The notes below the pieces were generated by a model. It made no database searches and was not told where the DNA came from. It saw only the letters and a program-made list of their open reading frames with translations. From a bacterium (GTDB lineage Bacteria; Zhuqueibacterota; Zhuqueibacteria; Oceanimicrobiales; Oceanimicrobiaceae), in NCBI GenBank assembly GCA_037446635.1, contig JBBIIG010000004.1:1-12085 (forward strand): DNA of 12,085 nucleotides, written 5' to 3'. Every line of letters begins with the position of its first letter. Position 1 is the first letter of the stretch. The position numbers were made by a program, and so were the translations under genes. Below, piece by piece: positions 1 through 9,188 of this stretch.

Positions 1-62
1 GGAATCGAACCCGCGACATCCTCATTACAAGTGAGGTGCTCTACCTACTGAGCTATGGTGGC
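1..62 (-). tRNA. tRNA-Thr (anticodon TGT), 3' end truncated by the window edge
   Basis: Reverse complement reads GCCACCA TA GCTC AGTAGGTA GAGC A CCTCA CTTGTAA TGAGG ATGTC GCGGG TTCGATT CC. This gives the acceptor 5' strand, D arm, a CCTCA/TGAGG anticodon stem with a CT-TGT-AA loop, and the T loop TTCGATT. Confidence 0.96.
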
Positions 63-130
63 ACTAGTTTTTTAAATTCAATAGCTTAACTTGCCTATTT
101 TTGGGCCTGTTTTACACGAAATACAGCCCC

Positions 131-184
131 ATAATATATAAATTTAACAGCAATTGTCAAGATTTTTTTTTAAAACTCTAAAAA
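131..184 (-). promoter_or_regulatory. sigma70-type promoter for tRNA-Thr, with an upstream A/T tract
   Basis: Perfect TTGACA at 160-155. TATATT lies 16 nt downstream (138-133) and TATTAT 18 nt downstream (136-131). An UP-element-like A/T tract lies upstream, and GC-rich GGGGCTG follows the -10 box. Confidence 0.75.
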
Positions 185-1633
185 TCATTGTAATCGCCAG
201 GTCGTTTGGCCGCTTTTATCTTCCAGCAAAATGCCCTTTACCTGAAGCGCATCCCTGATTTTGTCGGCCAGCGCCCATTCTTTTTTTTCTCGTAGTTCTT
301 TTCTAATGTCAACTAAAATTTGCACAACATCCTTTAGTAATTCCGAATCCAATTTATCTTCATGAGCATCAACGACCCCAAGCAACTCATTGAATTCCTC
401 AAACATTTTCTGAAGCGATACCAGCAGATTGATTTCACCATCGGTGAGACGATCCTTGTTTACTAATTTATTGCTTTCGCGGACGAGATCGAATAAGTGG
501 GACAGCGCTGCCGGCGTGTTGAGATCATCGAGCATCGCAGCCAGAAAATCATCGCGCCGCTGGGTCAACATTTTGTCAAAATTAAGCTCATCCTGACGCA
601 TTGACTTGGCGTCAAAGCTCTCGTGCGGCGCCTTTATTCCGGACAGCTTACCAGCTAAATTTTGCATGAATATTTTCAAACGATTGCAAGCGCTGTCAGC
701 GGCTTGCATTCCCTCCAACGTAAAATCGATCGGGCTGCGATAATGTTTTTGCAAAAAAAACATGCGAATGACCACGCCGGGATAATCCCGCAAAACCTGC
801 TTCACCGTCCGGTAGTTTCCCAGAGACTTCGCCATTTTGCTGCCCTCGATCTCCAAAAAGCCGTTATGCAGCCAATACTTGACAAATTGTTTGTTGGTGA
901 TCCCTTCGCTCTGCGCAATTTCATTCTCATGGTGGGGAAAAATCAAATCAATGCCGCCGGCGTGAATGTCAAAACTTTCTCCTAAATATTTCATCGACAT
1001 TGCCGAGCATTCAATGTGCCAGCCGGGACGCCCCGGCCCCCACGGACTTTCCCACGCCGGCTCGCCCGGTTTCTGACTCTTCCACAAGACAAAATCCAAG
1101 GGATTGCGTTTCTTTTCATCCACCGAGACACGCGCGCCGGATATTAACTCATCGATCTTTTTGCCGGAAAGTTTGCCGTAGTTTTTGAATTTCGAAACAT
1201 CATAAAACACATCGCCATTCACTTGGTACGCCATGCCTTTGTCAATCAGCTTTTGAATCAGATCAATAATCTCGCTCACATGCTCGGTTGCTTTGGGGTG
1301 AATATCGGCCCGCTCGATTCCCAAGGCATCGAGGTCTTCCAAAAAGGCGCGGGTAAATTTTGTGGTGATCTCGCTGGTATCGACTCCTTCCTTCAGAGCG
1401 CGTTCAATGATGCGATCGTCGATGTCCGTGATGTTTTGCACGTAGGTGACCTCATAGCCCAGATAGCGCAACAAGCGCCGCAGCACATCGAACACAATGA
1501 ACGCGCGTGCATTGCCAAGATGAATGTAATCATAAACGGTCGGGCCGCACATATAAAACCCGACTTTGCCCTTCTGAATCGGGATGAATTCTTCTTTTTG
1601 GTTGCTGTAGGTATTGTAAAGCTTAAGAACCAT
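185..1633 (-). CDS. cysS: Cysteine--tRNA ligase
   Basis: 482 aa with [23 protein letters not shown] (HIGH-type motif), [38 protein letters not shown] and a C-terminal ADKIRD. Confidence 0.98.
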   Translation of the reverse strand: MVLKLYNTYSNQKEEFIPIQKGKVGFYMCGPTVYDYIHLGNARAFIVFDVLRRLLRYLGYEVTYVQNITDIDDRIIERALKEGVDTSEITTKFTRAFLEDLDALGIERADIHPKATEHVSEIIDLIQKLIDKGMAYQVNGDVFYDVSKFKNYGKLSGKKIDELISGARVSVDEKKRNPLDFVLWKSQKPGEPAWESPWGPGRPGWHIECSAMSMKYLGESFDIHAGGIDLIFPHHENEIAQSEGITNKQFVKYWLHNGFLEIEGSKMAKSLGNYRTVKQVLRDYPGVVIRMFFLQKHYRSPIDFTLEGMQAADSACNRLKIFMQNLAGKLSGIKAPHESFDAKSMRQDELNFDKMLTQRRDDFLAAMLDDLNTPAALSHLFDLVRESNKLVNKDRLTDGEINLLVSLQKMFEEFNELLGVVDAHEDKLDSELLKDVVQILVDIRKELREKKEWALADKIRDALQVKGILLEDKSGQTTWRLQ

Positions 1634-1652
1634 CGCGCTGCCCTTTTAAAGA

Positions 1653-3083
1653 TCAACTCAAGAGAGAACGAACAAAGCTTTCGCTTTTCTCTTTTCCTAA
1701 AACCTGCGCTGCCATGGCCAGATCTGGTCCGTGCGTCTTTCCCATCAACGCCACCCGCATTGGCGCCCACAATTCTTTACCCATCATGCCAGTTTCTTTT
1801 TGCACCTGTTGCATGATGGCCCGAAAGGCGTCGGCGTCTAATCTGTCGCAATTCTGCAGCGCACGCAAAAAGGCCCAATAAATTTTTTGTGAAGATTCCC
1901 GCAATGAAATCTCTTTAGCTTCAGCCGCCAGCTTCAGCTCATTTCGATAAAACGGCTCGACGGCTGCCGGCAGTTGCTTCAACGTCTCCACACTATCGCG
2001 CACCAATTCGATGGCGTTGGCCAGCTTGGTCTCATCGCTGATATCGATGGGATAGTTTTGAAAAAAGGGCCGCGCTGATGCCGCTAAATTTTTTATTTCC
2101 ATCGCGCGCAGATAAACGCCGTTCATCCAATTCAATTTTATGATATCAAAAACCGCCGGCGATTTGGACATGCGGCTGAAATCAAATTCGTCAATCAGCC
2201 GCTCCCGCGAAAGCAACTCGTCGCCGCTTTCCGAAGACCAACTTAGCAGGCTCAAAAAATTAATCAACGTTTGCGGCAAATAGCCGTTCGCCCGCAGCTC
2301 GCCCACCGAGGTGGCGCCGTGGCGCTTGGATAAACGCGTGCGGTCCGGCCCGAGGATCATCGGAATGTGACCGAATGCTGGAAGCGGCCAGCCGAAGGCT
2401 TCATAAATCAAAATCTGTTTTGGCGTATTCGATACATGATCGTCGCCGCGAATGACGTGAGTGATGTTCATCAAACCATCGTCCACCACCGCGGCGAAGT
2501 TGTACACCGGCATTCCATCCGGGCGCACAATCACGAAATCGCCAAAGTATTCGCTGTCAAAAACTATCTCGCCTTTGACAAGATCATCCCATTTAATTTC
2601 GCCCTTGCGGACCCGGAATCGCCACGCCGGCTTTCGGCCCGCGGCGGCGAGTGATTTTATCTCGGCGGCGGATAATGATAAGCACTTTCGATCATAACGC
2701 GGATTCTCGCCGCGCTGCAATGCCGCCTGGCGCTTGGCCTCGAGTTCTTCTTCGTCGCAAAAACAGGGATAAATTTGTCCTTTTTCTTTAAGAAAATTCC
2801 AATGAGATTGGTATAACGGCAGCCGCTGCGATTGCCGATACGGTCCGAAATCTCCACCCTCCTCCGGTCCTTCGTCCCAATTCAGGCCGAGCCACTTGAG
2901 GTCATCCAAAATGGATTGTTCCGAAGTTGCCGTTGACCGCTCGGCATCCGTGTCTTCGATACGCAGAATAAATTTGCCTTGATATTTGCGCGCAAAAATC
3001 CAATTCAAAATTGCCGTGCGGGCGTTGCCGATGTGCAAATGTCCGGTTGGACTCGGCGCAAAGCGAACGCGAATTTGAGTCAT
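1653..3083 (-). CDS. gltX: Glutamate--tRNA ligase
   Basis: RVRFAPSPTGHLHIGNARTA, LRIEDTD, GPYRQSQR, a CFC...YDRKC zinc motif, ITHVIRGDDH and RLSKRHG. Start moved from 3116 to the ATG at 3083 (MTQIRVRF), which forms an ATGA overlap with the ispF stop. Confidence 0.97.
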   Translation of the reverse strand: MTQIRVRFAPSPTGHLHIGNARTAILNWIFARKYQGKFILRIEDTDAERSTATSEQSILDDLKWLGLNWDEGPEEGGDFGPYRQSQRLPLYQSHWNFLKEKGQIYPCFCDEEELEAKRQAALQRGENPRYDRKCLSLSAAEIKSLAAAGRKPAWRFRVRKGEIKWDDLVKGEIVFDSEYFGDFVIVRPDGMPVYNFAAVVDDGLMNITHVIRGDDHVSNTPKQILIYEAFGWPLPAFGHIPMILGPDRTRLSKRHGATSVGELRANGYLPQTLINFLSLLSWSSESGDELLSRERLIDEFDFSRMSKSPAVFDIIKLNWMNGVYLRAMEIKNLAASARPFFQNYPIDISDETKLANAIELVRDSVETLKQLPAAVEPFYRNELKLAAEAKEISLRESSQKIYWAFLRALQNCDRLDADAFRAIMQQVQKETGMMGKELWAPMRVALMGKTHGPDLAMAAQVLGKEKSESFVRSLLS

Positions 3084-3568
3084 GGTTGCGGTTCCCGTTG
3101 TTCTACGAGTGTGCACGCATGTGCCGCGATGCCTTCGCCGCGGCCAACGAATCCCATCTTCTCTGCCGTGGTGGCCTTGATCGAAATTTGCGATTCCCGA
3201 ATGTTCAAGGCATTGGCGATGTTCTTTCGCATTTGTTGAATGTGCGGAAGCAGTTTCGGCTTTTCAAGAATCACGGTCGAATCGATATTATTGACTGCGA
3301 AACCGTTTTCGCGAAGCATGCGCGCAATCTCCTTCAGCAAAAGCAAACTGGACATGCCAGCAAACTTGGGATCAGAATTCGGAAAATGGTAGCCGAGGTC
3401 GCCCAGGGCGGCGCTGCCTAACAACGCGTCGCCGATGGCGTGGCAAAGAACGTCGGCATCGGAGTGGCCTAATAATCCCTTCTCAAATGGAAGGTGGACG
3501 CCCCCTAAAATCAACGCGCGGCCTACAACCAACTCGTGGACGTCGTAACCAAAACCAATTCGTATCAT
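3080..3568 (-). CDS. ispF: 2-C-methyl-D-erythritol 2,4-cyclodiphosphate synthase
   Basis: RIGFGYDVH, LGHSDADVLCHAIGDALLG and IKATTAEKMGFVGRGEGIAA. ATGA overlap with the ispD stop. Confidence 0.98.
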   Translation of the reverse strand: MIRIGFGYDVHELVVGRALILGGVHLPFEKGLLGHSDADVLCHAIGDALLGSAALGDLGYHFPNSDPKFAGMSSLLLLKEIARMLRENGFAVNNIDSTVILEKPKLLPHIQQMRKNIANALNIRESQISIKATTAEKMGFVGRGEGIAAHACTLVEQREPQP

Positions 3569-4254
3569 CTTTCTTTTTCCGCCAAAATGCTCTCGGCAAT
3601 CTTCAAATCCAACGGAACGGTGATTTTGATATTTTCCTCATCCCCCTCAACGATCTTAACTGGCCAACCCAAGCGTTCGACCAAAGCAGAATCATCCGTG
3701 TGATAAACGCCGTGTTCGAATGCTTTGACGTATGCATTGTGAAGTAAATCATATTTGAACACCTGCGGCGTTTGCACACACCAGAGTTTGTCGCGCGAAG
3801 GCGTCTTTTCGACGAAACCAGATTTTTCGATTTTGATGGTATCGCGCGGCGGCGCCGCGAGTATCGCTGCGCCAAATTTCAGGGCCGCGTCTATCACTTC
3901 TTTTAATTTATTATCGCTGATGAACGGCCGCACACCGTCGTGCACGGCGACCATCTCGGTTTCACCTTTCAACGCCTGTAATCCGGCAAACACTGAATCC
4001 TGTCGCTGTTTGCCACCCGCAACTACTTTGCTGACTTTGGTGAGCGCGTAGCGATCAACAATCTGCTGCGAAACAAACGCCAACCACTCTTCTGCAGCCA
4101 CAACCACGACGTTTTCGATGAGATCGCAGCGTTCAAAAACCTGCAGCGTGTAGCAAAGGAGCGGCTTATTGCGCAGCAATTGGAATTGTTTGGGCAGATT
4201 GCCGCCGACGCGCTGCCCGGCACCGGCTGCAACTATGATTGCTGAAATGCGCAA
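3565..4254 (-). CDS. ispD: 2-C-methyl-D-erythritol 4-phosphate cytidylyltransferase
   Basis: AIIVAAGAGQR, PKQF, GGKQRQDSV, VHDGVRPF, VQTPQVF, TDD and NIKITVPLDL. TTG start. Adjacent to ispF. Confidence 0.97.
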   Translation of the reverse strand: MRISAIIVAAGAGQRVGGNLPKQFQLLRNKPLLCYTLQVFERCDLIENVVVVAAEEWLAFVSQQIVDRYALTKVSKVVAGGKQRQDSVFAGLQALKGETEMVAVHDGVRPFISDNKLKEVIDAALKFGAAILAAPPRDTIKIEKSGFVEKTPSRDKLWCVQTPQVFKYDLLHNAYVKAFEHGVYHTDDSALVERLGWPVKIVEGDEENIKITVPLDLKIAESILAEKER

Positions 4255-4265
4255 GGCGGCGTCAG

Positions 4266-5294
4266 TTATAAAATCAACATCGCATCGCCGTAGCTGTAAA
4301 AGCGATACTTTTCGCGAATGGCTTTGCGATAAGCTTTAAACACGAAGTCCCGACCGGCAAAGGCCGATACCAGCATCAACAACGTTGAGTTGGGCAAATG
4401 GAAATTGGTAATCAAGCCGCCAACGATTTTGAATTCGTAGGGCGGGAAAATAAATTTATCCGTCCACCCTTTCGAGGGCTTGGCCAGACCTTCTGAGGTG
4501 ATGCTGGTTTCGAGGGCGCGCGTGGTACTGGTGCCAACGGCAATCACCCGGCCGCCGCGCTTGATGGTATCATTGATAATGTTGGCGGTTTGCTCGGGCA
4601 CTTCGTAATATTCCGAATCCATTTTGTGGCGGTTTAAATCTTCAACCACCACCGGACGAAAACTCCCCAGCCCCAAATGCAGAACAATCGGGGTGATTTT
4701 CACGCCGCGGTTTTCAATTTTTTTCAAAAGCTCTTTGGTGAAATGCAGCCCGGCGGTGGGCGCAGCCACGGCGCCGCGCACCCGCGCAAAAACCGTTTGG
4801 TAGCGCTCTTTGTCCATCGGCTCGGGTTCGCGCTCAATGTACGGCGGCAGCGGCGACTGCCCGATCTTATCGACGATGTCAAAAAAATTGCCGATGTAAT
4901 TGAAGCGGACCACGCGGCCGCCAGAAACTGTGTTGTCGATGACATCGCAATACAATTTGCTGTTCACCGATAGCCGGTTGCCGACGCGCACTTTGCGCGC
5001 CGGCCGCACCAGCACTTCCCACAGACTGTTTTCGAGTTCCCGCAGAAGAAAAATTTCCACCTCGGCATCGGTTTTGTCTTTGGTGCCCATCAGGCGGGCG
5101 GGGAACACTTTGGTTTCATTGATAACCAGGCAATCGCCCTCATTCATGTAATTCACGACGTCGGAAAAAATCCGATCTTCGATTTCCTGCGTGTCACGAT
5201 GTAGCACCATCAGCCGCGATTTATCCCGTTGCTGAGCAGGATATTTGGCGATCAGCTTCTCCGGTAATTTGTACTTGAAATCAGAAAGTTTCAT
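4266..5294 (-). CDS. queA: S-adenosylmethionine:tRNA ribosyltransferase-isomerase
   Basis: MKLSDFKYKLPEKLIA, PLPPYI, ERYQTVFA, GAVAAPTAGLHFT, AVGTSTTRALE, TNFHLPNSTLLMLVSAF and YRFYSYGDAMLI. Confidence 0.98.
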   Translation of the reverse strand: MKLSDFKYKLPEKLIAKYPAQQRDKSRLMVLHRDTQEIEDRIFSDVVNYMNEGDCLVINETKVFPARLMGTKDKTDAEVEIFLLRELENSLWEVLVRPARKVRVGNRLSVNSKLYCDVIDNTVSGGRVVRFNYIGNFFDIVDKIGQSPLPPYIEREPEPMDKERYQTVFARVRGAVAAPTAGLHFTKELLKKIENRGVKITPIVLHLGLGSFRPVVVEDLNRHKMDSEYYEVPEQTANIINDTIKRGGRVIAVGTSTTRALETSITSEGLAKPSKGWTDKFIFPPYEFKIVGGLITNFHLPNSTLLMLVSAFAGRDFVFKAYRKAIREKYRFYSYGDAMLIL

Positions 5295-5306
5295 TTACGC
5301 ACTCCC

Positions 5307-6332
5307 TTAAAATAACTTTTCCTGGTAAATTCTCTTGGTCGCAATTCCAAAATGGCGATACGTTAATTCCGTTGCCACCCGTCCTCTGGGAGTTCGTTTA
5401 ATGAGTCCTTCCTGGATAAGATACGGTTCATAAATTTCCTCCAAAGTTTCCCCCTGCTCGCCCACCGCCACCGCCAGAGTATTAATGCCCACTGGCCCGC
5501 CGCCAAATTTTTCCACCATCACTTTCAAAATGCGCTTATCCATTTCATCGAGGCCCTTTTCATCGACGTCGAGACGGTTCAAAGAATCTTGTGCAATTTT
5601 GAAGGTGATGGCGCCATCGCCTTCGATCTGCGCAAAATCGCGAATGCGACGCAACAAACGGTTGGCGATGCGCGGGGTGCCGCGCGAGCGCCGGGCGATC
5701 TCCAGGCCGGCGTTCTCCTCAACTGCAATGTTCAAAATAGTCGCCGACCGCATGATGATTTTGAACAACTGCTCCGGAGCGTAAAAATCTAAACGATTGA
5801 CCACGCCAAACCGCGAACGCAGCGGCGAAGTCAAAAGCCCGGCGCGAGTAGTGGCGCCAATTAATGTAAACTTTGGTAACTTGATTTGAATGGTGCGCGC
5901 GTTGACGCCGCGATCGATGATGATATCCAATTTATAATCTTCCATCGCGGGATAAAGATACTCTTCCACGACGCGATTGAGCCGGTGAATCTCATCGATG
6001 AACAAAACGTCATGCTCGCCAAGATTCGTGAGCAAGCCGGCGAGATCGCCCGGCTTCTCCAACGCGGGTCCGGAAGTCGTTTTGATGTTGACTCCCAGTT
6101 CATTGGCGATGATGTTCGCCAAGGTGGTTTTGCCCAATCCCGGCGGCCCATAAAACAACACGTGATCGAGCGCCTCGCAGCGATCTTTGGCGGCGCGGAT
6201 AAACACCGCCAAATTTTCTTTGATTTTCTCCTGCCCGACGAAATCGCCAAACTGCAGCGGCCGCAGGGTTTGGTCGAGCTCGCTCTCGCCCTCTAATCGT
6301 TCCGGAGTTGTGGCTTTTTTCTCGTCGAGCAT
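5307..6332 (-). CDS. ruvB: Holliday junction branch migration helicase RuvB
   Basis: LRP, Walker [10 protein letters not shown], Walker [30 protein letters not shown] and EPYLIQ...RTPRGR. The start is either the ATG at 6332 (preferred) or the TTG at 6341, which overlaps the ruvA stop. Confidence 0.98.
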   Translation of the reverse strand: MLDEKKATTPERLEGESELDQTLRPLQFGDFVGQEKIKENLAVFIRAAKDRCEALDHVLFYGPPGLGKTTLANIIANELGVNIKTTSGPALEKPGDLAGLLTNLGEHDVLFIDEIHRLNRVVEEYLYPAMEDYKLDIIIDRGVNARTIQIKLPKFTLIGATTRAGLLTSPLRSRFGVVNRLDFYAPEQLFKIIMRSATILNIAVEENAGLEIARRSRGTPRIANRLLRRIRDFAQIEGDGAITFKIAQDSLNRLDVDEKGLDEMDKRILKVMVEKFGGGPVGINTLAVAVGEQGETLEEIYEPYLIQEGLIKRTPRGRVATELTYRHFGIATKRIYQEKLF

Positions 6333-6337
6333 TTCTC

Positions 6338-6934
6338 TCAACCTGCTTGCAAAACTTTTCTAATCAGCTCATCCAGCGGCAGCGCCGGCTCTGTTTTAAG
6401 AATCGAGTAAATTGATTTCTGCGCCTGATTTTTGTTGTAACCCAACGACACCAGCGCCATCACCGCTTCTTCAAATTTCGCTTCCTGATCCTTCAGCGGA
6501 AATGTCGGCGGCGTTTCCGGCTGTATGCCGGGCAGTGTCAATTTTTCTTTCAACTCGGTGATCAAACGCTGGGCGGTTTTGCGGCCCACGCCGGGCAGGC
6601 AGGTGAGCGCGTCGGCGTCGCCGCTGACAATCAGCCGCGTCAACTCGTCCACCGGGCTGCCGGATAAAATTCCCAGCGCCACTTTTGGCCCAACGCCGGA
6701 AACGGAAATCAAATTCAAAAACATCGCTTTTTCTTTTTGAGTTAAGAAGCCAAAAAGCTGCAGCGCATCCTCACGGACATTGAGATAGGTCTGCAGCCGG
6801 ATGCGCTCGCCCACGCCGGCCAGCTTCTCATACGTGGTAACCGGAATCTGCACATCGTAGCCGACGCCGTTCACGTCCACCAGAATGCGGGTGGGCGATT
6901 TTTCCGCGAGCGTTCCTGTCAATTGGGCTATCAT
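6338..6934 (-). CDS. ruvA: Holliday junction branch migration protein RuvA
   Basis: [24 protein letters not shown], HhH motifs [10 protein letters not shown] and [10 protein letters not shown], and a C-terminal ALVSLGY. Start moved to the ATG at 6934. Confidence 0.97.
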   Translation of the reverse strand: MIAQLTGTLAEKSPTRILVDVNGVGYDVQIPVTTYEKLAGVGERIRLQTYLNVREDALQLFGFLTQKEKAMFLNLISVSGVGPKVALGILSGSPVDELTRLIVSGDADALTCLPGVGRKTAQRLITELKEKLTLPGIQPETPPTFPLKDQEAKFEEAVMALVSLGYNKNQAQKSIYSILKTEPALPLDELIRKVLQAG

Positions 6935-6954
6935 ATTTGTTTGATCAGATGTTT

Positions 6955-7443
6955 TCAGTGTCCTTCGGCATTTATTTTCATGCGATGAAGATGACACAGC
7001 GCCACGGCCAGCGCGTCCGAGGCGTCCAGCGGTTGCGGCAATTCCGGCAATTGCAAAATCTGCTGCACCATTTTCTGCACCTGCTGTTTGGAGGCGGCGC
7101 CGTTGCCGACAATCGAAAGCTTGATTTCTCTTGGGGAATATTCCGCGGTAGGAATTTGGTGGTTGACCGCGGCGAGAATAGCAACGCCTCGGGCGTGGCC
7201 TGATTTCAAAGCGGTTTTAACGTTCTCCGCATAAAAAATATCTTCGATAGCAAACTGGTTCGGCTGATATTGCAAAATGATTCTGCGCACTTCATCATAA
7301 ATCTTCTTCAGTCGAATTGGAAATGATTCCTGAGACGAGAGCCTTAAACAACCATAATCAATCGCCTGACACCCGCTGCGGTTTTTTTCTACCACGCCAT
7401 AACCTAATACCACCGTACCCGGATCCACCCCAAGGATACGCAT
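6955..7443 (-). CDS. ruvC: Crossover junction endodeoxyribonuclease RuvC
   Basis: MRILGVDPG, AIEDIF, GHARGV, GNGAASKQQV and DASDALAVALCH. The catalytic D/E/D/D residues are present. Confidence 0.98.
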   Translation of the reverse strand: MRILGVDPGTVVLGYGVVEKNRSGCQAIDYGCLRLSSQESFPIRLKKIYDEVRRIILQYQPNQFAIEDIFYAENVKTALKSGHARGVAILAAVNHQIPTAEYSPREIKLSIVGNGAASKQQVQKMVQQILQLPELPQPLDASDALAVALCHLHRMKINAEGH

Positions 7444-7451
7444 TGTGTTGG

Positions 7452-8198
7452 CTACCCCACCTGCTCCATCACCGAAACATCAATATCAAAATTTGAATAG
7501 ATGTTTTGGATGTCTTCGTTTTCTTCGAGCATATCCATCAGCTTCAACAACTGTTCGGCCTCCTTGCCCTCAACCTTAACGGTATTTTTGGGAAGCATCG
7601 TAATTTGAGCGGAATCATATTTTATGTTATTGGCCTCTAACGCCTGTTTTACCTTTTCCAAATTTTCAACGGAGGTGGTGATTTCAAACGCGTCGGCTTC
7701 AGATTTGAGATCCTCCGCGCCGGCATCGGTGACGATCATGAAAAGATCGTCCTCGTTGCTGACACTTTTCGCCACCGTAATCAAGCCCTTTTTCTCAAAG
7801 GTCCAGGCCACCGCGCCGCTTTCCGCCAGGCTGCCGCCATATTTGGTCATGATGTGCCGGATATCCGCAACTGTGCGCTTGCGATTGTCGGTGAGCACTT
7901 CAATGTAAATGGCGGCGCCGCCGGGCCCATATCCCTCCAACACCCCTTCTTCGTAAACCACCCCCGGCAATTCGCCCGTGCCCTTTTTGATGGCGCGCTC
8001 GATGTTGGCTGCCGGCATATTGGCCGCTTTCGCTGCAAGCACCGCCGAACGCAGCCGCGGATTGGCTGCCTCATCTCCTCCCCCTTCACGCGCCGCTATC
8101 GTAATGTCTTTGATGAGTCGCGTGAATAATTTGCCGCGCTCGGCATCAATCTTGGCTTTTTTGCGCTTGATGGTTGCCCACTTGGAATGGCCTGACAT
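7452..8198 (-). CDS. yebC: YebC/PmpR (TACO1) family protein
   Basis: MSGHSKWATIKRKK, NPRLR, IERAIKKG, EGYGPGG and TDNRKRT. The ATG at 8198 follows a GGAGGAG Shine-Dalgarno. Typical position upstream of ruvCAB. Confidence 0.97.
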   Translation of the reverse strand: MSGHSKWATIKRKKAKIDAERGKLFTRLIKDITIAAREGGGDEAANPRLRSAVLAAKAANMPAANIERAIKKGTGELPGVVYEEGVLEGYGPGGAAIYIEVLTDNRKRTVADIRHIMTKYGGSLAESGAVAWTFEKKGLITVAKSVSNEDDLFMIVTDAGAEDLKSEADAFEITTSVENLEKVKQALEANNIKYDSAQITMLPKNTVKVEGKEAEQLLKLMDMLEENEDIQNIYSNFDIDVSVMEQVG

Positions 8199-8221
8199 GA
8201 TCTCCTCCAAAAATCGAGCCT

Positions 8222-8250
8222 AATTTAATAAATTTTTGATGATTTTCCAA
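8222..8250 (-). promoter_or_regulatory. Putative sigma70-type promoter for the yebC-ruvCAB...cysS operon
   Basis: TTGGAA (8250-8245), a 17-nt spacer and TAAATT (8227-8222), directly downstream of the terminator and about 24 nt before the yebC ATG. Confidence 0.45.
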
Positions 8251-8252
8251 AC

Positions 8253-8284
8253 AAAAAAACGGCGCTTATTGGGAGCGCCGTTTT
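8253..8284 (-). terminator. Rho-independent terminator after the zinc-ribbon gene
   Basis: Minus strand AAAACGGCGCT-CCCAATA-AGCGCCGTTTTTTT: a perfect GC-rich stem followed by 7 U. Confidence 0.85.
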
Positions 8285-8314
8285 CGATCCAACCCAACTT
8301 TTCAAAACTGTGCT

Positions 8315-8593
8315 TTAATCGAAGTCGAAAATCTCACCCAGAAAACCGCCGCGTTTTTTGCGCTTGTAATAATAGTCGTCATCGTCTTTGTGCCGATATT
8401 TGTGGGAATCACGATTGTCATAATCGCGGCTTTCAGGCCGACCCTCGCTGAGCGAGGCCGCGGAGCGTTCGATGATTTTGTCCAGTTCGCCGCGATCCAG
8501 CCAGACGCCGCGGCACTGTGGGCAATAGTCGATTTCGATGCCCTGACGCTCGGACATCACGAGATTAACATCAGCACAAACGGGGCATTTCAT
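8315..8593 (-). CDS. zf-TFIIB-like zinc-ribbon domain protein
   Basis: MKCPVC...GIEIDYCPQCRGVWLDRGELDKIIER followed by the charged tail and KKRGGFLGEIFDF end typical of this family. AAGGAG Shine-Dalgarno. Confidence 0.9.
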   Translation of the reverse strand: MKCPVCADVNLVMSERQGIEIDYCPQCRGVWLDRGELDKIIERSAASLSEGRPESRDYDNRDSHKYRHKDDDDYYYKRKKRGGFLGEIFDFD

Positions 8594-8625
8594 GGGGCCA
8601 CTCCTTTGAAATTTCTTGTTAAATT

Positions 8626-9144
8626 TTACAAATCATCAATCCAACGCGTCGCCTTTTTGAGATTTACTTTCGTGCGCACCACCCAGGCGTCGCGATAGCC
8701 CTTTTGAATCGCCAACTTTTGAATCTTCTCCGCGTCATACCAATTCAAATAATTGCCGACGCGCACTTTGTAAAATGGCGGATCGAATACGCGATAGACG
8801 TCGTCATTGAATCGCAGGATCGCTTCTCTCTGAACATTCTTCGCTTCTTCCGCATCGGTGGTTTGGATAATCTGAATCCGGTAACCCGTCACCAAAGTGT
8901 CCTTCACCGCCGATTCCAAATTCTCCGGCGCTTCCTCCTCAGCCGATGTTGACAGCACAACATCCTCGACCTGAATGTCATCCTCATTCAAACTCAGCGG
9001 ATCGAAATCCTCGTTCATCAACTCGAAATTTTTAACGCCGCCGCTTTCCGCACGCACCCGACTCGACTTCTGCGGCGCCGAACAGTTGCTCAAACACAAT
9101 CCCAAAACCATGAACCCGATAATGAATGTTAAACCGGTTTTCAT
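8626..9144 (-). CDS. SPOR-domain (peptidoglycan-binding) putative lipoprotein
   Basis: Start moved to the ATG at 9144. MKTGLTFIIGFMVLGLCLSNC is a signal peptide with a lipobox-like Cys, followed by an acidic linker and the SPOR-like GYRIQI...PFYKVRVGNY...GYRDAWVV. Confidence 0.85.
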   Translation of the reverse strand: MKTGLTFIIGFMVLGLCLSNCSAPQKSSRVRAESGGVKNFELMNEDFDPLSLNEDDIQVEDVVLSTSAEEEAPENLESAVKDTLVTGYRIQIIQTTDAEEAKNVQREAILRFNDDVYRVFDPPFYKVRVGNYLNWYDAEKIQKLAIQKGYRDAWVVRTKVNLKKATRWIDDL

Positions 9145-9188
9145 AAGCTCTTCTTTCAAATGTTTGAATACGCTTTTTGTTCCACACC

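Noticed and set aside
1..184. Prophage or island att site at tRNA-Thr
   Set aside because: Only the 5' side of the tRNA is visible. There is no integrase or duplicated tRNA 3' end, and the neighbours are core genes.
6955..7443. RuvC as a sign of Cas9/Cas12/TnpB
   Set aside because: It is a standalone 162-aa resolvase in the canonical yebC-ruvCAB context.
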